DNA of 64,000 nucleotides from Sulfurospirillaceae bacterium. Its GTDB lineage: Bacteria > Campylobacterota > Campylobacteria > Campylobacterales > Sulfurospirillaceae. Location: positions 64,001 through 128,000 of the forward strand of contig JAWVXD010000003.1 of the NCBI GenBank assembly GCA_033723415.1, in the 5' to 3' direction. Each line of letters opens with the position of its first letter. Within the stretch, counting starts at the first letter, position 1. The notes under the pieces were generated by a model. It saw only the letters and a list, made by a program, of their open reading frames with translations, was not told the origin of the DNA and made no database searches. A program made the translations under genes and the position numbers. Positions 48,553-59,889 of this stretch are shown in pieces.

Positions 48553-51006
48553 ATGATGGAATATAATGTTTCGCAGATAGAGAAAAAATGGCAACAATAT
48601 TGGAGTGAGCATAACTCTTTTGAGCCAGAGAATGATTTTGCAAAAGAAAAAAAATATATTTTAAGTATGTTCCCATACCCAAGTGGCAAAATCCATATGG
48701 GTCATGTTCGAAATTACAGTATTGGGGATGCTATTGCGAGGCATCATAGAAAAAACGGGTACAATGTTTTACATCCTATCGGTTGGGATTCATTCGGTAT
48801 GCCTGCTGAGAATGCAGCTATCAAGAACAACACTCATCCAAAAAAATGGACTTATGAAAATATAGATTATATGAGAAAGGAGCTTAGTTCTCTAGGCTTT
48901 TCTTTCTCTCAAAAAAGAGAATTTGCAACCAGTGATCCGCTTTATACAAAACACGAGCAAAAGATATTTATTGAAATGTTCAAGCAAGGTTTGGTTTATC
49001 AAAAAAGTGCCAATTTAAATTGGTGTGATACTTGCCAGACAGTGCTTGCCAATGAGCAGGTCGAAGATGGGAAATGCTGGAGATGCGATAATGATGTAGC
49101 TCAAAAAGAAATGGCAGGTTATTATCTAAAAATAACGCAATATGCACAAGAGCTGCTTGATGATCTACAAGATCTAAAAGACGGATGGCCTCATCAGGTT
49201 TTGACCATGCAAGAAAACTGGATAGGAAGAAGCGAAGGATTGGAATTTGATTTTCATTTGAGTGAAGAATCAATCGCTAAACTTGGTAAAAATTTTGAAA
49301 AATTTAAAGTTTTTACGACTAGACCTGATACGATTTTTGGGATCAGCTATTCTGCTTTGGCACCAGAACATGATATAGTGAAATATTTAGTCCAAAACAG
49401 ACTTTTGGATGATAACAAGATTGAAGCAATAAAAGAGATGCAGTCTTTGAGTTCCAGAGAAAAATCAATGGCAGAGAAAAGAGGGCTGTACTTGGACTTA
49501 GATGTTATACATCCTCTTACAAAGAAAAAAGTGCCTCTTTGGGTAGCAAATTTTGTACTAATCGAATATGGCGGCGGTGCTGTTATGGCAGTTCCGGCAC
49601 ATGACGAGCGAGATTTTGAATTTGCGACAAAATATAACTTGCCTATAAGACAAAGTATCAGAAGTGATAAAGAAGAATATGACGGAAGTCGGGCTACAAC
49701 AGAATACGGTTATCTTGTCGACTCTGAAGATTTTACAGGTCTAAGCTCCGTTGAGGCAAAACAAAAGATCATCGAATATTTTGAAAAAAACTCTTTAGGT
49801 AAGAAAGTTGTAAACTATAAACTTAGAGATTGGGGAATCAGCAGACAGAGATACTGGGGTGCTCCTATCCCGATGGTACACTGTTCAAAATGCGGGTTAG
49901 TGCCTGAATCTGATGAAAATCTACCGATAAAGTTACCTGATGATATTCAAATCACAGGGGAGGGAAATCCTCTTTATCGACATCCGACTTGGAAGCATAC
50001 GACTTGTCCAAAATGCGGAGACGATGCTACACGTGAAACTGATACTATGGATACCTTCTTTCAATCAAGTTGGTATTTTTTAAGATACACTACTGATCCT
50101 TCACTCTGGGAAGATGAAGCATTTGATAAGAAGAGCAGTGATTATTGGATGAATGTAGATCAGTATATCGGAGGTATCGAACACGCAATACTTCATCTTT
50201 TATATTCCAGATTTTTTACAAAAGTTTTAAGAGATATGGGAAAAGTGTCTTGTGATGAGCCTTTTGCAAATCTTTTAACACAAGGTATGGTTTTGAAAGA
50301 CGGTTCAAAGATGAGTAAATCAAAAGGCAATACTGTAGACCCGGATGATATTATACAAAAATATGGAGCAGATACGGCAAGACTTTTCATATTATTTGCT
50401 GCACCTCCTGTAAAAGAATTGGAATGGAATGATAATGCCGTAGAAGGTGCATTTAAATTCATAAAAAGATTTGTATCTAAGACAGAACTTGCACAAAAGT
50501 GTGAATCAATACCTGAAATCGAGCATGCTAAATTATCAAAAGAAGCGAAACTTGCCAGAAAAAAAGTTTATGAAGCTCTCAAAAAATCTAATGAAGTTTT
50601 TAGTAGCGCATATGCTTTCAATACTCTAATAGCTGCTTGTATGGAAGCTTTAAATGCCTTAAATGCGCAGGATGACACGAAAATTTGGACTGAGGGATAT
50701 TTTATACTTTCAAATATATTAGAACCAATTATTCCTCATGTTTGCTGGGAAATAAGCTCACAGTTATTTAATTTGAAAAATTTTGATAAAATAGAGTTGT
50801 TAGAAGAAGTATTTGAAGTTGACAGTATGATTATAGCAATTACGATAAATGGTAAAAAAAGAGCCGAAATAGAGGTTAGTGTCGACATGCAGTCTGATAT
50901 GATTATCAAAGAAGCAAAAATAGTTGCTGAAAAATGGTTGGCAGATAAACAGATAATTAAAGAAATATTAGTTCCAAAAAAATTGGTTAATTTGGTTGTA
51001 AAATAA
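48553..51006 (+). CDS. leuS: Leucine--tRNA ligase
   Basis: MFPYPSG.IHMGH, FTTRPDT editing domain, KMSKS. Confidence 0.97.
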   Translation: MMEYNVSQIEKKWQQYWSEHNSFEPENDFAKEKKYILSMFPYPSGKIHMGHVRNYSIGDAIARHHRKNGYNVLHPIGWDSFGMPAENAAIKNNTHPKKWTYENIDYMRKELSSLGFSFSQKREFATSDPLYTKHEQKIFIEMFKQGLVYQKSANLNWCDTCQTVLANEQVEDGKCWRCDNDVAQKEMAGYYLKITQYAQELLDDLQDLKDGWPHQVLTMQENWIGRSEGLEFDFHLSEESIAKLGKNFEKFKVFTTRPDTIFGISYSALAPEHDIVKYLVQNRLLDDNKIEAIKEMQSLSSREKSMAEKRGLYLDLDVIHPLTKKKVPLWVANFVLIEYGGGAVMAVPAHDERDFEFATKYNLPIRQSIRSDKEEYDGSRATTEYGYLVDSEDFTGLSSVEAKQKIIEYFEKNSLGKKVVNYKLRDWGISRQRYWGAPIPMVHCSKCGLVPESDENLPIKLPDDIQITGEGNPLYRHPTWKHTTCPKCGDDATRETDTMDTFFQSSWYFLRYTTDPSLWEDEAFDKKSSDYWMNVDQYIGGIEHAILHLLYSRFFTKVLRDMGKVSCDEPFANLLTQGMVLKDGSKMSKSKGNTVDPDDIIQKYGADTARLFILFAAPPVKELEWNDNAVEGAFKFIKRFVSKTELAQKCESIPEIEHAKLSKEAKLARKKVYEALKKSNEVFSSAYAFNTLIAACMEALNALNAQDDTKIWTEGYFILSNILEPIIPHVCWEISSQLFNLKNFDKIELLEEVFEVDSMIIAITINGKKRAEIEVSVDMQSDMIIKEAKIVAEKWLADKQIIKEILVPKKLVNLVVK

Positions 51007-51007
51007 T

Positions 51008-51505
51008 ATGAGATACTTAAGTGTTTTATTGATTTTTTTATTTCTAGGATGTGGGTATAAGCCTAGTTCGTATTATACAAAAAAAGTATTGGGCGATAAT
51101 ATCCATGTAAATGTGACTATAAGCAGAAAAGATCCAAAAAATAGCGTTCTTGTAAAAGACGCTATAAACGAGGCAGTGGTTGGAAGATTTGGCGGAAGAT
51201 TGTCAAGTAAAGAAAAGGCTGATTCTAATCTTCTTATCGGCATAGAATCCGTAACATTTACTCCAACTGTTTATGACAAAAACGGGTATGTTATAGCGTA
51301 TAAAACAAGTGTTGTTTTGAATACTACATATGAAACCAAGACTCATGGTAAAAAGAGTTTTAGTGCTACGGGAGAGTATGATTTCCCTATAGAAGCAAAC
51401 AGTGTAATATCAGATACTAAAAGATTTGACGCAATTAAATTTGCCTCCCTTGATGCGGTTAATGAGATAATATCCAAAATATCTATAATCGGTAGCATGC
51501 AGTAG
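51008..51505 (+). CDS. lptE: LPS assembly lipoprotein LptE
   Basis: Lipobox LGCGY; position directly after leuS. Confidence 0.8.
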   Translation: MRYLSVLLIFLFLGCGYKPSSYYTKKVLGDNIHVNVTISRKDPKNSVLVKDAINEAVVGRFGGRLSSKEKADSNLLIGIESVTFTPTVYDKNGYVIAYKTSVVLNTTYETKTHGKKSFSATGEYDFPIEANSVISDTKRFDAIKFASLDAVNEIISKISIIGSMQ

Positions 51506-51521
51506 AGTAAAAAGGTAAATT

Positions 51522-53069
51522 ATGGCTAGTTCGATAAATGATATTATCAAAGAAAGTATTGAACAACTAAGACTTGAAAATTTAAACTTAACACCTGATA
51601 ATTACTATAATGTTTTTTGCAAGGTTGCAAAGAAAAAAGGCTTAATAGTTGAAGATTGTCAAAAAATTGATAAATTTTCAAAAAAACTAGATGAAAAGAA
51701 TCAATCTGATCTTAAGAAATTTAAAGTTTCAACAATAGATGAATTGATGTCTTTTCTTATAGCAAAGATTAATCGAGCAAATGAAAATGATAGTACAAAG
51801 ATAATAAACTCTTTGGTAATACTCTCAAAAAGGGTTCTGCAAGCGACTACTCTCTTACATGACAAAGGTGCTAGAGAATTGGCCAACAGTTCTCTCTCAA
51901 GACTTGATTTTAGCCAAAATTTAAAATCTATTGATGCTATAAAAGATAAGTGGTTTGAATTTATAACAAAATATGATGATAGCTATTTAAAAGAATTGGA
52001 TGCTTTTGGAAGTATTCATAAAGATGATCTCCAAAAAATGGTCACTGATATTAGACATATTCTTCAAAAAGATGACGATAACTCTATCTACAATAATATA
52101 GCTCCACTAATTATTGCCAGCCTTATGCCTTCCATAGCATCAGGTATGAATGATGAACTTGCAGATATATCTTATACACTGAGGAATGATCCATCATCTC
52201 TTGGTACAAATGCCGTACAGCAGGATATAAAACGATTTATTAATAAAAGAATAGAACTTGATAAAGAAGAGATAAAGATTAAAATATCTGCACTTGATAC
52301 ATTATTGGACGAAATCAACAAAAGAATATTAAATCTTATCGACAGCAATGAGATCAGCAATGAGCAAGTAAAGTTAATCAAAAAAAATCTTTTGGGTATA
52401 AATTTTTCCAAAGACAGCTTCGGCTCAATTCAGGAAAAATTAGTAACAATAGCGACCTCTTTAGAGAATGAAACAAAAAATCTAAATGAAAAAATGAAAA
52501 ATAATCAAGAAACGATCAAAAAGCTTCACAGTAAAGTCAAAAATCTGGAAGGAGCCTTGATCGCTGCTAAAAAAGAGATGCAAGAAGATTTTATAACTCA
52601 TACGGCAACCAAAAGAGCCTTGGAAAATGAGCTTAGAAGAGCAGAAGACTCATATGAAAGATACAAGATAGATTATTCTCTTTGTTTTGTAGATATAGAT
52701 CATTTTAAAGTTGTGAACGATACCTATGGTCATGAAGCAGGTGATGTTATTTTGTCAAATATTGGTAGGCTGCTTAAGAAATATATCAGACAGTCTGATT
52801 TTGTAGGTAGATACGGTGGCGAAGAATTCTTGGTTATACTGCCTAGTATTGGATTAGAACAGGCTTTTCATTTTGCAAATAAAATCCGAAATATTATAGA
52901 ATCTTTTAAATTTTTATATAAAAATGAAAGAATCACTATAACAGCCAGCTTCGGCATTGCGCAAAGAAGTAGAAGCAAGACATTAAAAGAAGCTATAGAA
53001 CATGCCGATAGAATGCTTTATGAAGCAAAAAATGCCGGAAGAAATAAAGTTTTACCAAGTTTTTTATGA
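51522..53069 (+). CDS. Diguanylate cyclase (GGDEF) with helical N-terminus
   Basis: DIDHFK.VND.YGH..GD, RQSD inhibitory site, GGEEF. Confidence 0.9.
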   Translation: MASSINDIIKESIEQLRLENLNLTPDNYYNVFCKVAKKKGLIVEDCQKIDKFSKKLDEKNQSDLKKFKVSTIDELMSFLIAKINRANENDSTKIINSLVILSKRVLQATTLLHDKGARELANSSLSRLDFSQNLKSIDAIKDKWFEFITKYDDSYLKELDAFGSIHKDDLQKMVTDIRHILQKDDDNSIYNNIAPLIIASLMPSIASGMNDELADISYTLRNDPSSLGTNAVQQDIKRFINKRIELDKEEIKIKISALDTLLDEINKRILNLIDSNEISNEQVKLIKKNLLGINFSKDSFGSIQEKLVTIATSLENETKNLNEKMKNNQETIKKLHSKVKNLEGALIAAKKEMQEDFITHTATKRALENELRRAEDSYERYKIDYSLCFVDIDHFKVVNDTYGHEAGDVILSNIGRLLKKYIRQSDFVGRYGGEEFLVILPSIGLEQAFHFANKIRNIIESFKFLYKNERITITASFGIAQRSRSKTLKEAIEHADRMLYEAKNAGRNKVLPSFL

Positions 53070-54220
53070 GATTGATACCTTTTCTGGAGCAAAAACCGCT
53101 CTATTATGATGTTATAGACTATAGTAGAATGCCAAAAGCATATGAGTGCATAAAACAGTATATAAAACTTCCAAAGATCATACATGTTGTAGGAACTAAC
53201 GGTAAAGGTAGTACGGGAAGATTTTTGGCAAATATTTTGTTAAATAAGGGTATTTCGGTAGGGCATTATACTTCACCTCATATTTTCAAATTCAATGAAC
53301 GAATATGGGTAAATGGCAAAAATATAGATGATAAAACTTTAGAAGATGCTCACATTAAACTACAAAAAATCTTGCCTGAAAATTTTATTGAAACATTGTC
53401 TTATTTTGAGTATACGACTTTTTTGGCAATGTTGGTATTTTCCGATGAGTGTGAATATGTAGTCTTAGAAGCAGGACTTGGAGGAGAACATGATGCTACC
53501 AATGTTTTCCCGAAAATACTTAGTATTGTTACTCCCATAGGATATGATCATCAATCTTTTTTAGGTAATAGCATCGAAGAAATAGCTACTACAAAGTTAA
53601 ACAGTATAACTAAAGAAGCGGTAATTTCAAGGCAATATGAAGAAATAGTTTATGATTATGCCAAAAAAATAGCCACTGAAAAATCTGCAAAGTTATACTT
53701 TGTTGAAAATATTTTGTTAGAATACGAGAGCGAGATGATTGCAACATATGTAAAAGACAATAATTTGCCCGGTTTTCAAAAGATCAACCTGCAAACCGCA
53801 TATTGTGCCGCCAAAATATTAGGTTTTGATGATAATATTGATATTGCAAATCTTGGTATGATGGAAGGCAGGTGTCAAAAGGTAGCTAAAAATGTCACTA
53901 TTGACGTAGGACACAATAAGATGGCTGCACTTGCTATGGTAAAGTATTTCAATAATAAAAAAGTAAATTTGGTGTACAATAGCTTTAAAGATAAAGAGTT
54001 TAAAGACATTTTGCACATATTATTTCCTATAGTCAAGAGAGTGGAATTGTTATATATGGAAAATCCTCGCAAAATGGCAACTGAAGAGATCATAAAAATT
54101 TGTAAAGATGCAAATGTTGATATCACTGATTTTAAAAATATTAAAGATGATGAAGAATACTTGGTATTTGGGTCTTTTGTTGTTGTAGAAAAATTTATGA
54201 AAGGATTGCGTGAAAGATAA
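53066..54220 (+). CDS. folC: Folylpolyglutamate/dihydrofolate synthase
   Basis: GTNGKGS, TSPH, LEAGLGG..DATN, DVGHN. Confidence 0.93.
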   Translation: MRLIPFLEQKPLYYDVIDYSRMPKAYECIKQYIKLPKIIHVVGTNGKGSTGRFLANILLNKGISVGHYTSPHIFKFNERIWVNGKNIDDKTLEDAHIKLQKILPENFIETLSYFEYTTFLAMLVFSDECEYVVLEAGLGGEHDATNVFPKILSIVTPIGYDHQSFLGNSIEEIATTKLNSITKEAVISRQYEEIVYDYAKKIATEKSAKLYFVENILLEYESEMIATYVKDNNLPGFQKINLQTAYCAAKILGFDDNIDIANLGMMEGRCQKVAKNVTIDVGHNKMAALAMVKYFNNKKVNLVYNSFKDKEFKDILHILFPIVKRVELLYMENPRKMATEEIIKICKDANVDITDFKNIKDDEEYLVFGSFVVVEKFMKGLRER

Positions 54221-55127
54221 ATTTACTATAACAATTTCGGACATAAATGGATCCAAACATTATGAATTGCATCAAAAGACAAAAAAAATAATTGTGTATT
54301 TCTTTTTATTTGTAACATTGATGATGATTGCTGGGTCATGCTATATATATTTCCTCTCTCATGAGGTTATCTCTCTTGAGGGTAAAAAACATATTATTGT
54401 TCAGGAATATTCAAAACTTGAACAAAATAATCAAAAGTTGCAAGATGAGATTTCAAAAAAGACACAAGAATATGGTGAAATAAAAGATAAAATAAACGAT
54501 ATAGAAGAGTTAGTGGGTTTGACTCCAAACAAAAAAGAAAAAATCAGCGATAGATTAGATAATTTAACATTTACCACAAAACAGCAACAGATTATTTTTC
54601 AAAATATACCGAGTGGCTATCCAATTCCATTCAAAGGTATCACTGCAAAATTTGGCTGGAGAATTCATCCAATTTTACATACCAAAGAATTCCATAAAGG
54701 AATAGATCTGAAGGCAGCAATGGGTACTCCGATTCATGCGCCTGCTGATGGAGTTGTTGAATATGCAGGTTTTCATAAGAGCAGCGGTTTTGGAAATCTG
54801 GTTATGATAGATCACAATTTTGGTTTTAAGACAATATATGGACATTTACGTAAAAAAATGGTTGTAAAAGCAGGAGAATTTGTAAAAAAAGGGCAGATTA
54901 TTGGATATACTGGAGATAGTGGATTATCGACAGGACCTCACTTGCATTATGAAGTGAGATTTATCTCAAGACCGTTAAACCCTTATAATTTTTTAGTTTG
55001 GAATAACAGTGATTTTAAAAATATATTTAAAAAGGAGGCAAGAGTATCATGGGAATCCTTAATAAACATGATCAACCAGAAGTTTCATCTTCAGAAACTA
55101 CAACTATCTCGAGTGGCGCAAAAGTAG
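54210..55127 (+). CDS. M23 family peptidase (cell-shape, Csd1-like)
   Basis: TM helix, coiled coil, HKGID, YGHL, STGPHLHYE. Confidence 0.9.
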   Translation: MKDKFTITISDINGSKHYELHQKTKKIIVYFFLFVTLMMIAGSCYIYFLSHEVISLEGKKHIIVQEYSKLEQNNQKLQDEISKKTQEYGEIKDKINDIEELVGLTPNKKEKISDRLDNLTFTTKQQQIIFQNIPSGYPIPFKGITAKFGWRIHPILHTKEFHKGIDLKAAMGTPIHAPADGVVEYAGFHKSSGFGNLVMIDHNFGFKTIYGHLRKKMVVKAGEFVKKGQIIGYTGDSGLSTGPHLHYEVRFISRPLNPYNFLVWNNSDFKNIFKKEARVSWESLINMINQKFHLQKLQLSRVAQK

Positions 55128-55504
55128 AAGGTACATTCGATTGTAATTCTAGATTGCACATAGACGGAGAGATCAGAGGTGAGGTAATATCAAAAAGTGT
55201 TGTTACCATAGGTAAAACCGGTAAGTTCTTTGGCAAAATGCAAGCCAATAGGCTTATATTAAACGGTTTTTTAAATGGAGATGTTGACTGTGAAAGTGCT
55301 GAATTACTAAGTGGATCTGTTTTTGAGGGAAAAATTACTTCAAGGGAACTAATCATAGAAGCAAAAGTTCATTTCTTCGCTGAAAGTGTTATGAAAAAAG
55401 ATAAAGAAGATAAAGAAGAAAAATTATTAGAATTAGACGAACCATTGCAAATCGATATTTTTGAAGAAAGGAAAGTAGACACTGATACAAGCGACTTGTT
55501 ATGA
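55049..55504 (+). CDS. Bactofilin (polymer-forming cytoskeletal protein, CcmA-like)
   Basis: TTI..G..V.G, LHIDG.I.G beta-helix repeats; follows and overlaps the M23 gene. Confidence 0.9.
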   Translation: MGILNKHDQPEVSSSETTTISSGAKVEGTFDCNSRLHIDGEIRGEVISKSVVTIGKTGKFFGKMQANRLILNGFLNGDVDCESAELLSGSVFEGKITSRELIIEAKVHFFAESVMKKDKEDKEEKLLELDEPLQIDIFEERKVDTDTSDLL

Positions 55505-58466
55505 ATATTTCATAAACACGAATGACGGAACTTCCCTTCTTTGCGTAAAAGATGATAAAGAGGCTGATCTTGCTGCCCAAGCACTTAGACTAGCTGGCAA
55601 AAAGACATATGTCTTGCCTGATATGAGGATTAGCTTCGGTGATGATCTGCTTCCTTTTTCATCAGAGATCAAAGAATTATTAAATGTACTAAATCATTAC
55701 TATAAAGATAAATCAACAAAAAAAATAATAATAGCTCCTATTAGAACTATCCTGACACCGTTGCCGGATGAGCAGTTGCTTCAAACAAAAGTTATTGAAT
55801 TTGCATCAAAGATAAATATAGAGCAATTCAAAAATGAACTTTTTCATTGGGGATACAGGATTGCCGATGTTGTTGAAGAAGCAGGTGAAGTATCATTTCG
55901 AGGAGATATTATAGATCTATTTCCTCCAAATTTTGAAAAACCTATCAGAATTTCTCTCTTTGATGATGAAGTTGAAAGTATAAGAATATTTGAGTGTGAA
56001 ACTCAAAAAAGTGAAAAAGAAGAACTGGAAAAAATAGAAATATTCCCATCCCTTTTTGCATTAGATGAAGAGAAGTACCAACTGATAAATAAAAAGATAG
56101 AAACTATAGACAGTGACAGTTTTGAAAAAGATATCCACTCTTTAGGTTTTTGGGCAATCGAAGATTATAGTCATGATTATTTGGAGATGTTTAACATAAA
56201 ATTTGCACATGATCTAAAAAGCGAGATCGAAGAGATTTCTCTTTTTGACAAAACTATTGAAGAGAGATTATCCAAAATTCCAACATTGCCTGAGCCAAAA
56301 ATATACAGACCAATAGAGATGTCTTCTGTATCTAATTTCCTAGAGTTTCATAAAAATAAAAAGAAAACAATATTAGCGAGAAGTGAAGTATTATTAAAAC
56401 ATGCAGGACTTGAGCTCTCTAGTGTCAGATTTAAAGAGAGTCCGCTCATAGTCAATATCATGAGTGACGATGAGATAATCATATCTTTAAATAAAAAAAC
56501 AAAAACAAAAAGAGTCCGAAAGACAAATATATTACTTGATGAGCTAAAAATAGGCGATTATATCGTCCATGAAAACTATGGTATCGGTATCTTTAAAGGT
56601 TTGAAAAACCGCACCGTTTTGGGAGCCACCCGAGATTTTGTAGAGATAGCTTATCAGGGAGAAGATAAACTCCTTCTTCCTGTTGAAAATTTAGATACTA
56701 TAGATAGATATATAGCAAGCAGCGGCACCTTGGCAGTAGTAGATAAATTAGGTAAGGGTAGTTTTCAAAAACTAAAAGCCAAAACAAAAGAGAAACTTTT
56801 TGCCATAGCAAAAGAGATAATCGAAACAGCGGCAAAGCGAGAGATGATAGATGCTCTTAGAATAGATACGTCCAAAGTTGAGATCAATAAATTTCAAGAA
56901 GATTCAGGGTTTGTTTACACAAAAGACCAGAAAACCTGTATAGAAGAGATATACGGTGATCTTCAAAGCGGCAAGATCATGGATCGTTTACTTAGCGGTG
57001 ATGTTGGTTTTGGTAAGACTGAAGTAGCAATGAACGCAATGTTTGCAACAGCCATGAGTGGCTTTCAGGCGATTTTAATCGCTCCTACCACACTTCTTTC
57101 TTCTCAGCATTTTGTTAGTCTGAATGAGCGATTTAAAAGATATGGGATTAGAGTTGAAAAATTAGACAGATTTACGCCTACAAATCAAAAAAATGCGATC
57201 ATAAAAGATTTAAAAGAGGGTAAATTATTAATTTGCGTTGGAACACATACTCTTCTTGATAAACAGCTCCATAATCCGGCTCTTATAGTTATAGATGAAG
57301 AACATAAATTTGGTGTTAGTCAAAAAGAAAAACTAAAAAATATGAGAGAAAATATACATATCCTATCCATGAGTGCAACTCCTATACCTAGAAGCCTTAA
57401 TATGGCTCTTAGCTCGATCAAACAATATTCAAAGCTTTTAACACCGCCGGCTGATAGGGAAGATGTGAGGACCTTCGTGAAAGAGTATGAAGGTAAAGTC
57501 ATTAAAGAGGCGATTTTGAGGGAGATAAGACGAGGCGGGCAGATATTTTTTGTTCATAATCGAATCTCATCTATAGAAGAAAAAAAGAAAGAACTATTGA
57601 AGCTTATTCCAAATCTTAAGATTTTGATTTTGCATTCAAAAGTTTCACCTGCCGTAAGTGAAAAAGAGATGTTGCGGTTTCAAGAGGGTGAATATGATCT
57701 TCTACTAAGTACATCTATTATAGAATCAGGTATACATATACCAAATGTCAATACTATCATGATAGATGCAGCGGATAACTTTGGTATGGCAGATCTACAT
57801 CAGCTTAGAGGAAGGGTAGGGAGATCAAAAAGACAAGGATATTGTTATTTCTTAGTAAAAGACAAAGAAAAATTAAGTGATGATTCAAGAAAGAGATTGG
57901 TTTCGCTAGAGTCAAATTCATATCTTGGAAGCGGCTCGGTTTTGGCTTATCATGACCTTGAGATCAGGGGTGGAGGAAACTTGGTAGGAGAGGCACAAAG
58001 CGGACATATAAAAAATATCGGTTATTCTTTGTACCTGAAAATGCTTGAAGATGCGATCAATTCTCTTTTAAATAAAACTACTACGGAAGATAGAGATATA
58101 GATATAAAATTAAGCGTCAATGCTTATATCAACAGCGATTATATTAGTGAAGACAGAGTAAGGTTGGAGCTTTATAGAAGACTTAGTAAATGTGAAAGCA
58201 TCAGTGATATATATGATATCGAAGAAGAAATGGTGGATAGGTTTGGTAAAATCGATATAATAACAAAACAGTTCATCGATGTCATAACTATAAAGATATT
58301 AGCATCAATAAGCGGTATCAAATATATATCAAATTATGATCAAAATATTACTATAAAAGATAAACTTGATCAAAAAATATTGATAAAATCAAGAAGTAAA
58401 GATGATGATGATATCTTGGATACAGTGCTTAAATATTTAAGAAAAGGATTGGTCAAACATGATTGA
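55482..58466 (+). CDS. mfd: Transcription-repair coupling factor (probable CTG start)
   Basis: GDVGFGKT, DEEH, SATPIPR, QLRGRVGR, DLEIRGGG. The frame is open from 55479. Confidence 0.93.
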   Translation: MIQATCYEYFINTNDGTSLLCVKDDKEADLAAQALRLAGKKTYVLPDMRISFGDDLLPFSSEIKELLNVLNHYYKDKSTKKIIIAPIRTILTPLPDEQLLQTKVIEFASKINIEQFKNELFHWGYRIADVVEEAGEVSFRGDIIDLFPPNFEKPIRISLFDDEVESIRIFECETQKSEKEELEKIEIFPSLFALDEEKYQLINKKIETIDSDSFEKDIHSLGFWAIEDYSHDYLEMFNIKFAHDLKSEIEEISLFDKTIEERLSKIPTLPEPKIYRPIEMSSVSNFLEFHKNKKKTILARSEVLLKHAGLELSSVRFKESPLIVNIMSDDEIIISLNKKTKTKRVRKTNILLDELKIGDYIVHENYGIGIFKGLKNRTVLGATRDFVEIAYQGEDKLLLPVENLDTIDRYIASSGTLAVVDKLGKGSFQKLKAKTKEKLFAIAKEIIETAAKREMIDALRIDTSKVEINKFQEDSGFVYTKDQKTCIEEIYGDLQSGKIMDRLLSGDVGFGKTEVAMNAMFATAMSGFQAILIAPTTLLSSQHFVSLNERFKRYGIRVEKLDRFTPTNQKNAIIKDLKEGKLLICVGTHTLLDKQLHNPALIVIDEEHKFGVSQKEKLKNMRENIHILSMSATPIPRSLNMALSSIKQYSKLLTPPADREDVRTFVKEYEGKVIKEAILREIRRGGQIFFVHNRISSIEEKKKELLKLIPNLKILILHSKVSPAVSEKEMLRFQEGEYDLLLSTSIIESGIHIPNVNTIMIDAADNFGMADLHQLRGRVGRSKRQGYCYFLVKDKEKLSDDSRKRLVSLESNSYLGSGSVLAYHDLEIRGGGNLVGEAQSGHIKNIGYSLYLKMLEDAINSLLNKTTTEDRDIDIKLSVNAYINSDYISEDRVRLELYRRLSKCESISDIYDIEEEMVDRFGKIDIITKQFIDVITIKILASISGIKYISNYDQNITIKDKLDQKILIKSRSKDDDDILDTVLKYLRKGLVKHD

Positions 58467-59220
58467 TTGGACAAATAATTATGCTGCCATTTGGCGCCAT
58501 AGAAAAAATGAGCTTAAAGCCATAGTTGATCTAGACCCCATATCTTTACAAGATCTAGTTGGTATGGACGCACAAAAAGATCAGATCCTAAAAAACACGG
58601 AAGCATTTATTTTGGGTGAACCTGCTAACAATGTCCTACTTTGGGGAGCTAGAGGAACTGGTAAATCTTCATTGGTCAAAGCTGTGTTTAATCATTATAA
58701 AAAAGATGGACTCAGGATTATAGAGTTCTCAAAGGAAGATCTCAAAAGTTTGCCTGAGATCATAGACGACATAAGAGACCTGCCGTATAAATTTATAATA
58801 TTTTGTGATGATCTCTCTTTTGAGAGCGGTGATAACAGTTATACTGGATTGAAACCTATACTGGAAGGCTCTATCGAGCTTCCTCCTAAAAATACACTCA
58901 TTTATGCAACGTCAAACAGAAGGCATCTAATCAAAGAGCTTCATGAAGACAATGAAGGTGTAAAAGTGACACATGACGAGATACATTATGGCGACAGTGT
59001 GGAAGAAAAAATCTCTCTTTCAGATAGATTTGGTTTGTGGATCTCTTTTTATCAAGGCAATTTAGAACAGTATTTGGAGATCGTAGATTCATACTTCAAA
59101 AGCTTTAAAGGGGACAAAGAGGAGTTGCATAAGCAAGCTAAAATATTTGCAACCTACAGAGCTTCAAGAAGCGGCAGAACAGCAAAACAATTTTATAATT
59201 ATTTTTCGAGATTGATATGA
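58459..59220 (+). CDS. DUF815-type AAA+ ATP-binding protein
   Basis: LLWGARGTGKSS, FCDDLSFE, YATSNRRHL, SLSDRFG, RSGRTA.QF. Confidence 0.88.
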   Translation: MIDWTNNYAAIWRHRKNELKAIVDLDPISLQDLVGMDAQKDQILKNTEAFILGEPANNVLLWGARGTGKSSLVKAVFNHYKKDGLRIIEFSKEDLKSLPEIIDDIRDLPYKFIIFCDDLSFESGDNSYTGLKPILEGSIELPPKNTLIYATSNRRHLIKELHEDNEGVKVTHDEIHYGDSVEEKISLSDRFGLWISFYQGNLEQYLEIVDSYFKSFKGDKEELHKQAKIFATYRASRSGRTAKQFYNYFSRLI

Positions 59221-59882
59221 CAAATAGTTTTGAATTACTGGAGCTTCTAAAAAAAGCAGGATATCTAAAATCTCAAAGAGATAGACTTTGGTGGCCCAAT
59301 AGCGGAACTTTTGAAGTCGTAGTAGGTGCGATTTTGACACAACAGACAAAATGGGAAAAAGTTGAAAAAAGTCTAGAAAATCTGAAAGTTGCTGATGTTT
59401 TAAGTCTGGAAGCTTTGGCAAATATTGATGGGCGTGAATTATCTGTTTTAATCAAACCAAGCGGTTTTTATAATACAAAGGCAAAAAATATTTTAAATCT
59501 GTGTAAAAACATGTATAATGAATATAAGACTTTTGAAGATTTCACTAATAATGTGCAAAGAGATTGGTTGTTGTCTCAAAAAGGCGTAGGAGAGGAGAGT
59601 GCCGATTCTATTCTTTGTTATGGATGTATGAGGGATGAATTTGTAGTAGATAGTTACACGGCAAGATTGCTTGATGCTTTTGGATTTGGGTTTGAGAGTT
59701 ACGGAGATTTAAAAGAGTGGATGATAGAGGGGATAGTGTCAAATATACAAAAAGTATATGAATTATATGCAAGTGAACCTCCTTTGTATGAAATTTATGC
59801 GAGATTTCATGGTAAAATTGTAGAATATTGTAAAGAGAACAGTAAAGGTAAAATAATCCAGATAGAAGGACTAAAAAGTTGA
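59217..59882 (+). CDS. HhH-GPD glycosylase (3-methyladenine DNA glycosylase-like)
   Basis: WWP, GAILTQ, KGVGEESAD, VVD.Y, HG.IV; no Fe-S motif. Confidence 0.85.
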   Translation: MTNSFELLELLKKAGYLKSQRDRLWWPNSGTFEVVVGAILTQQTKWEKVEKSLENLKVADVLSLEALANIDGRELSVLIKPSGFYNTKAKNILNLCKNMYNEYKTFEDFTNNVQRDWLLSQKGVGEESADSILCYGCMRDEFVVDSYTARLLDAFGFGFESYGDLKEWMIEGIVSNIQKVYELYASEPPLYEIYARFHGKIVEYCKENSKGKIIQIEGLKS

Positions 59883-59889
59883 GGATATT

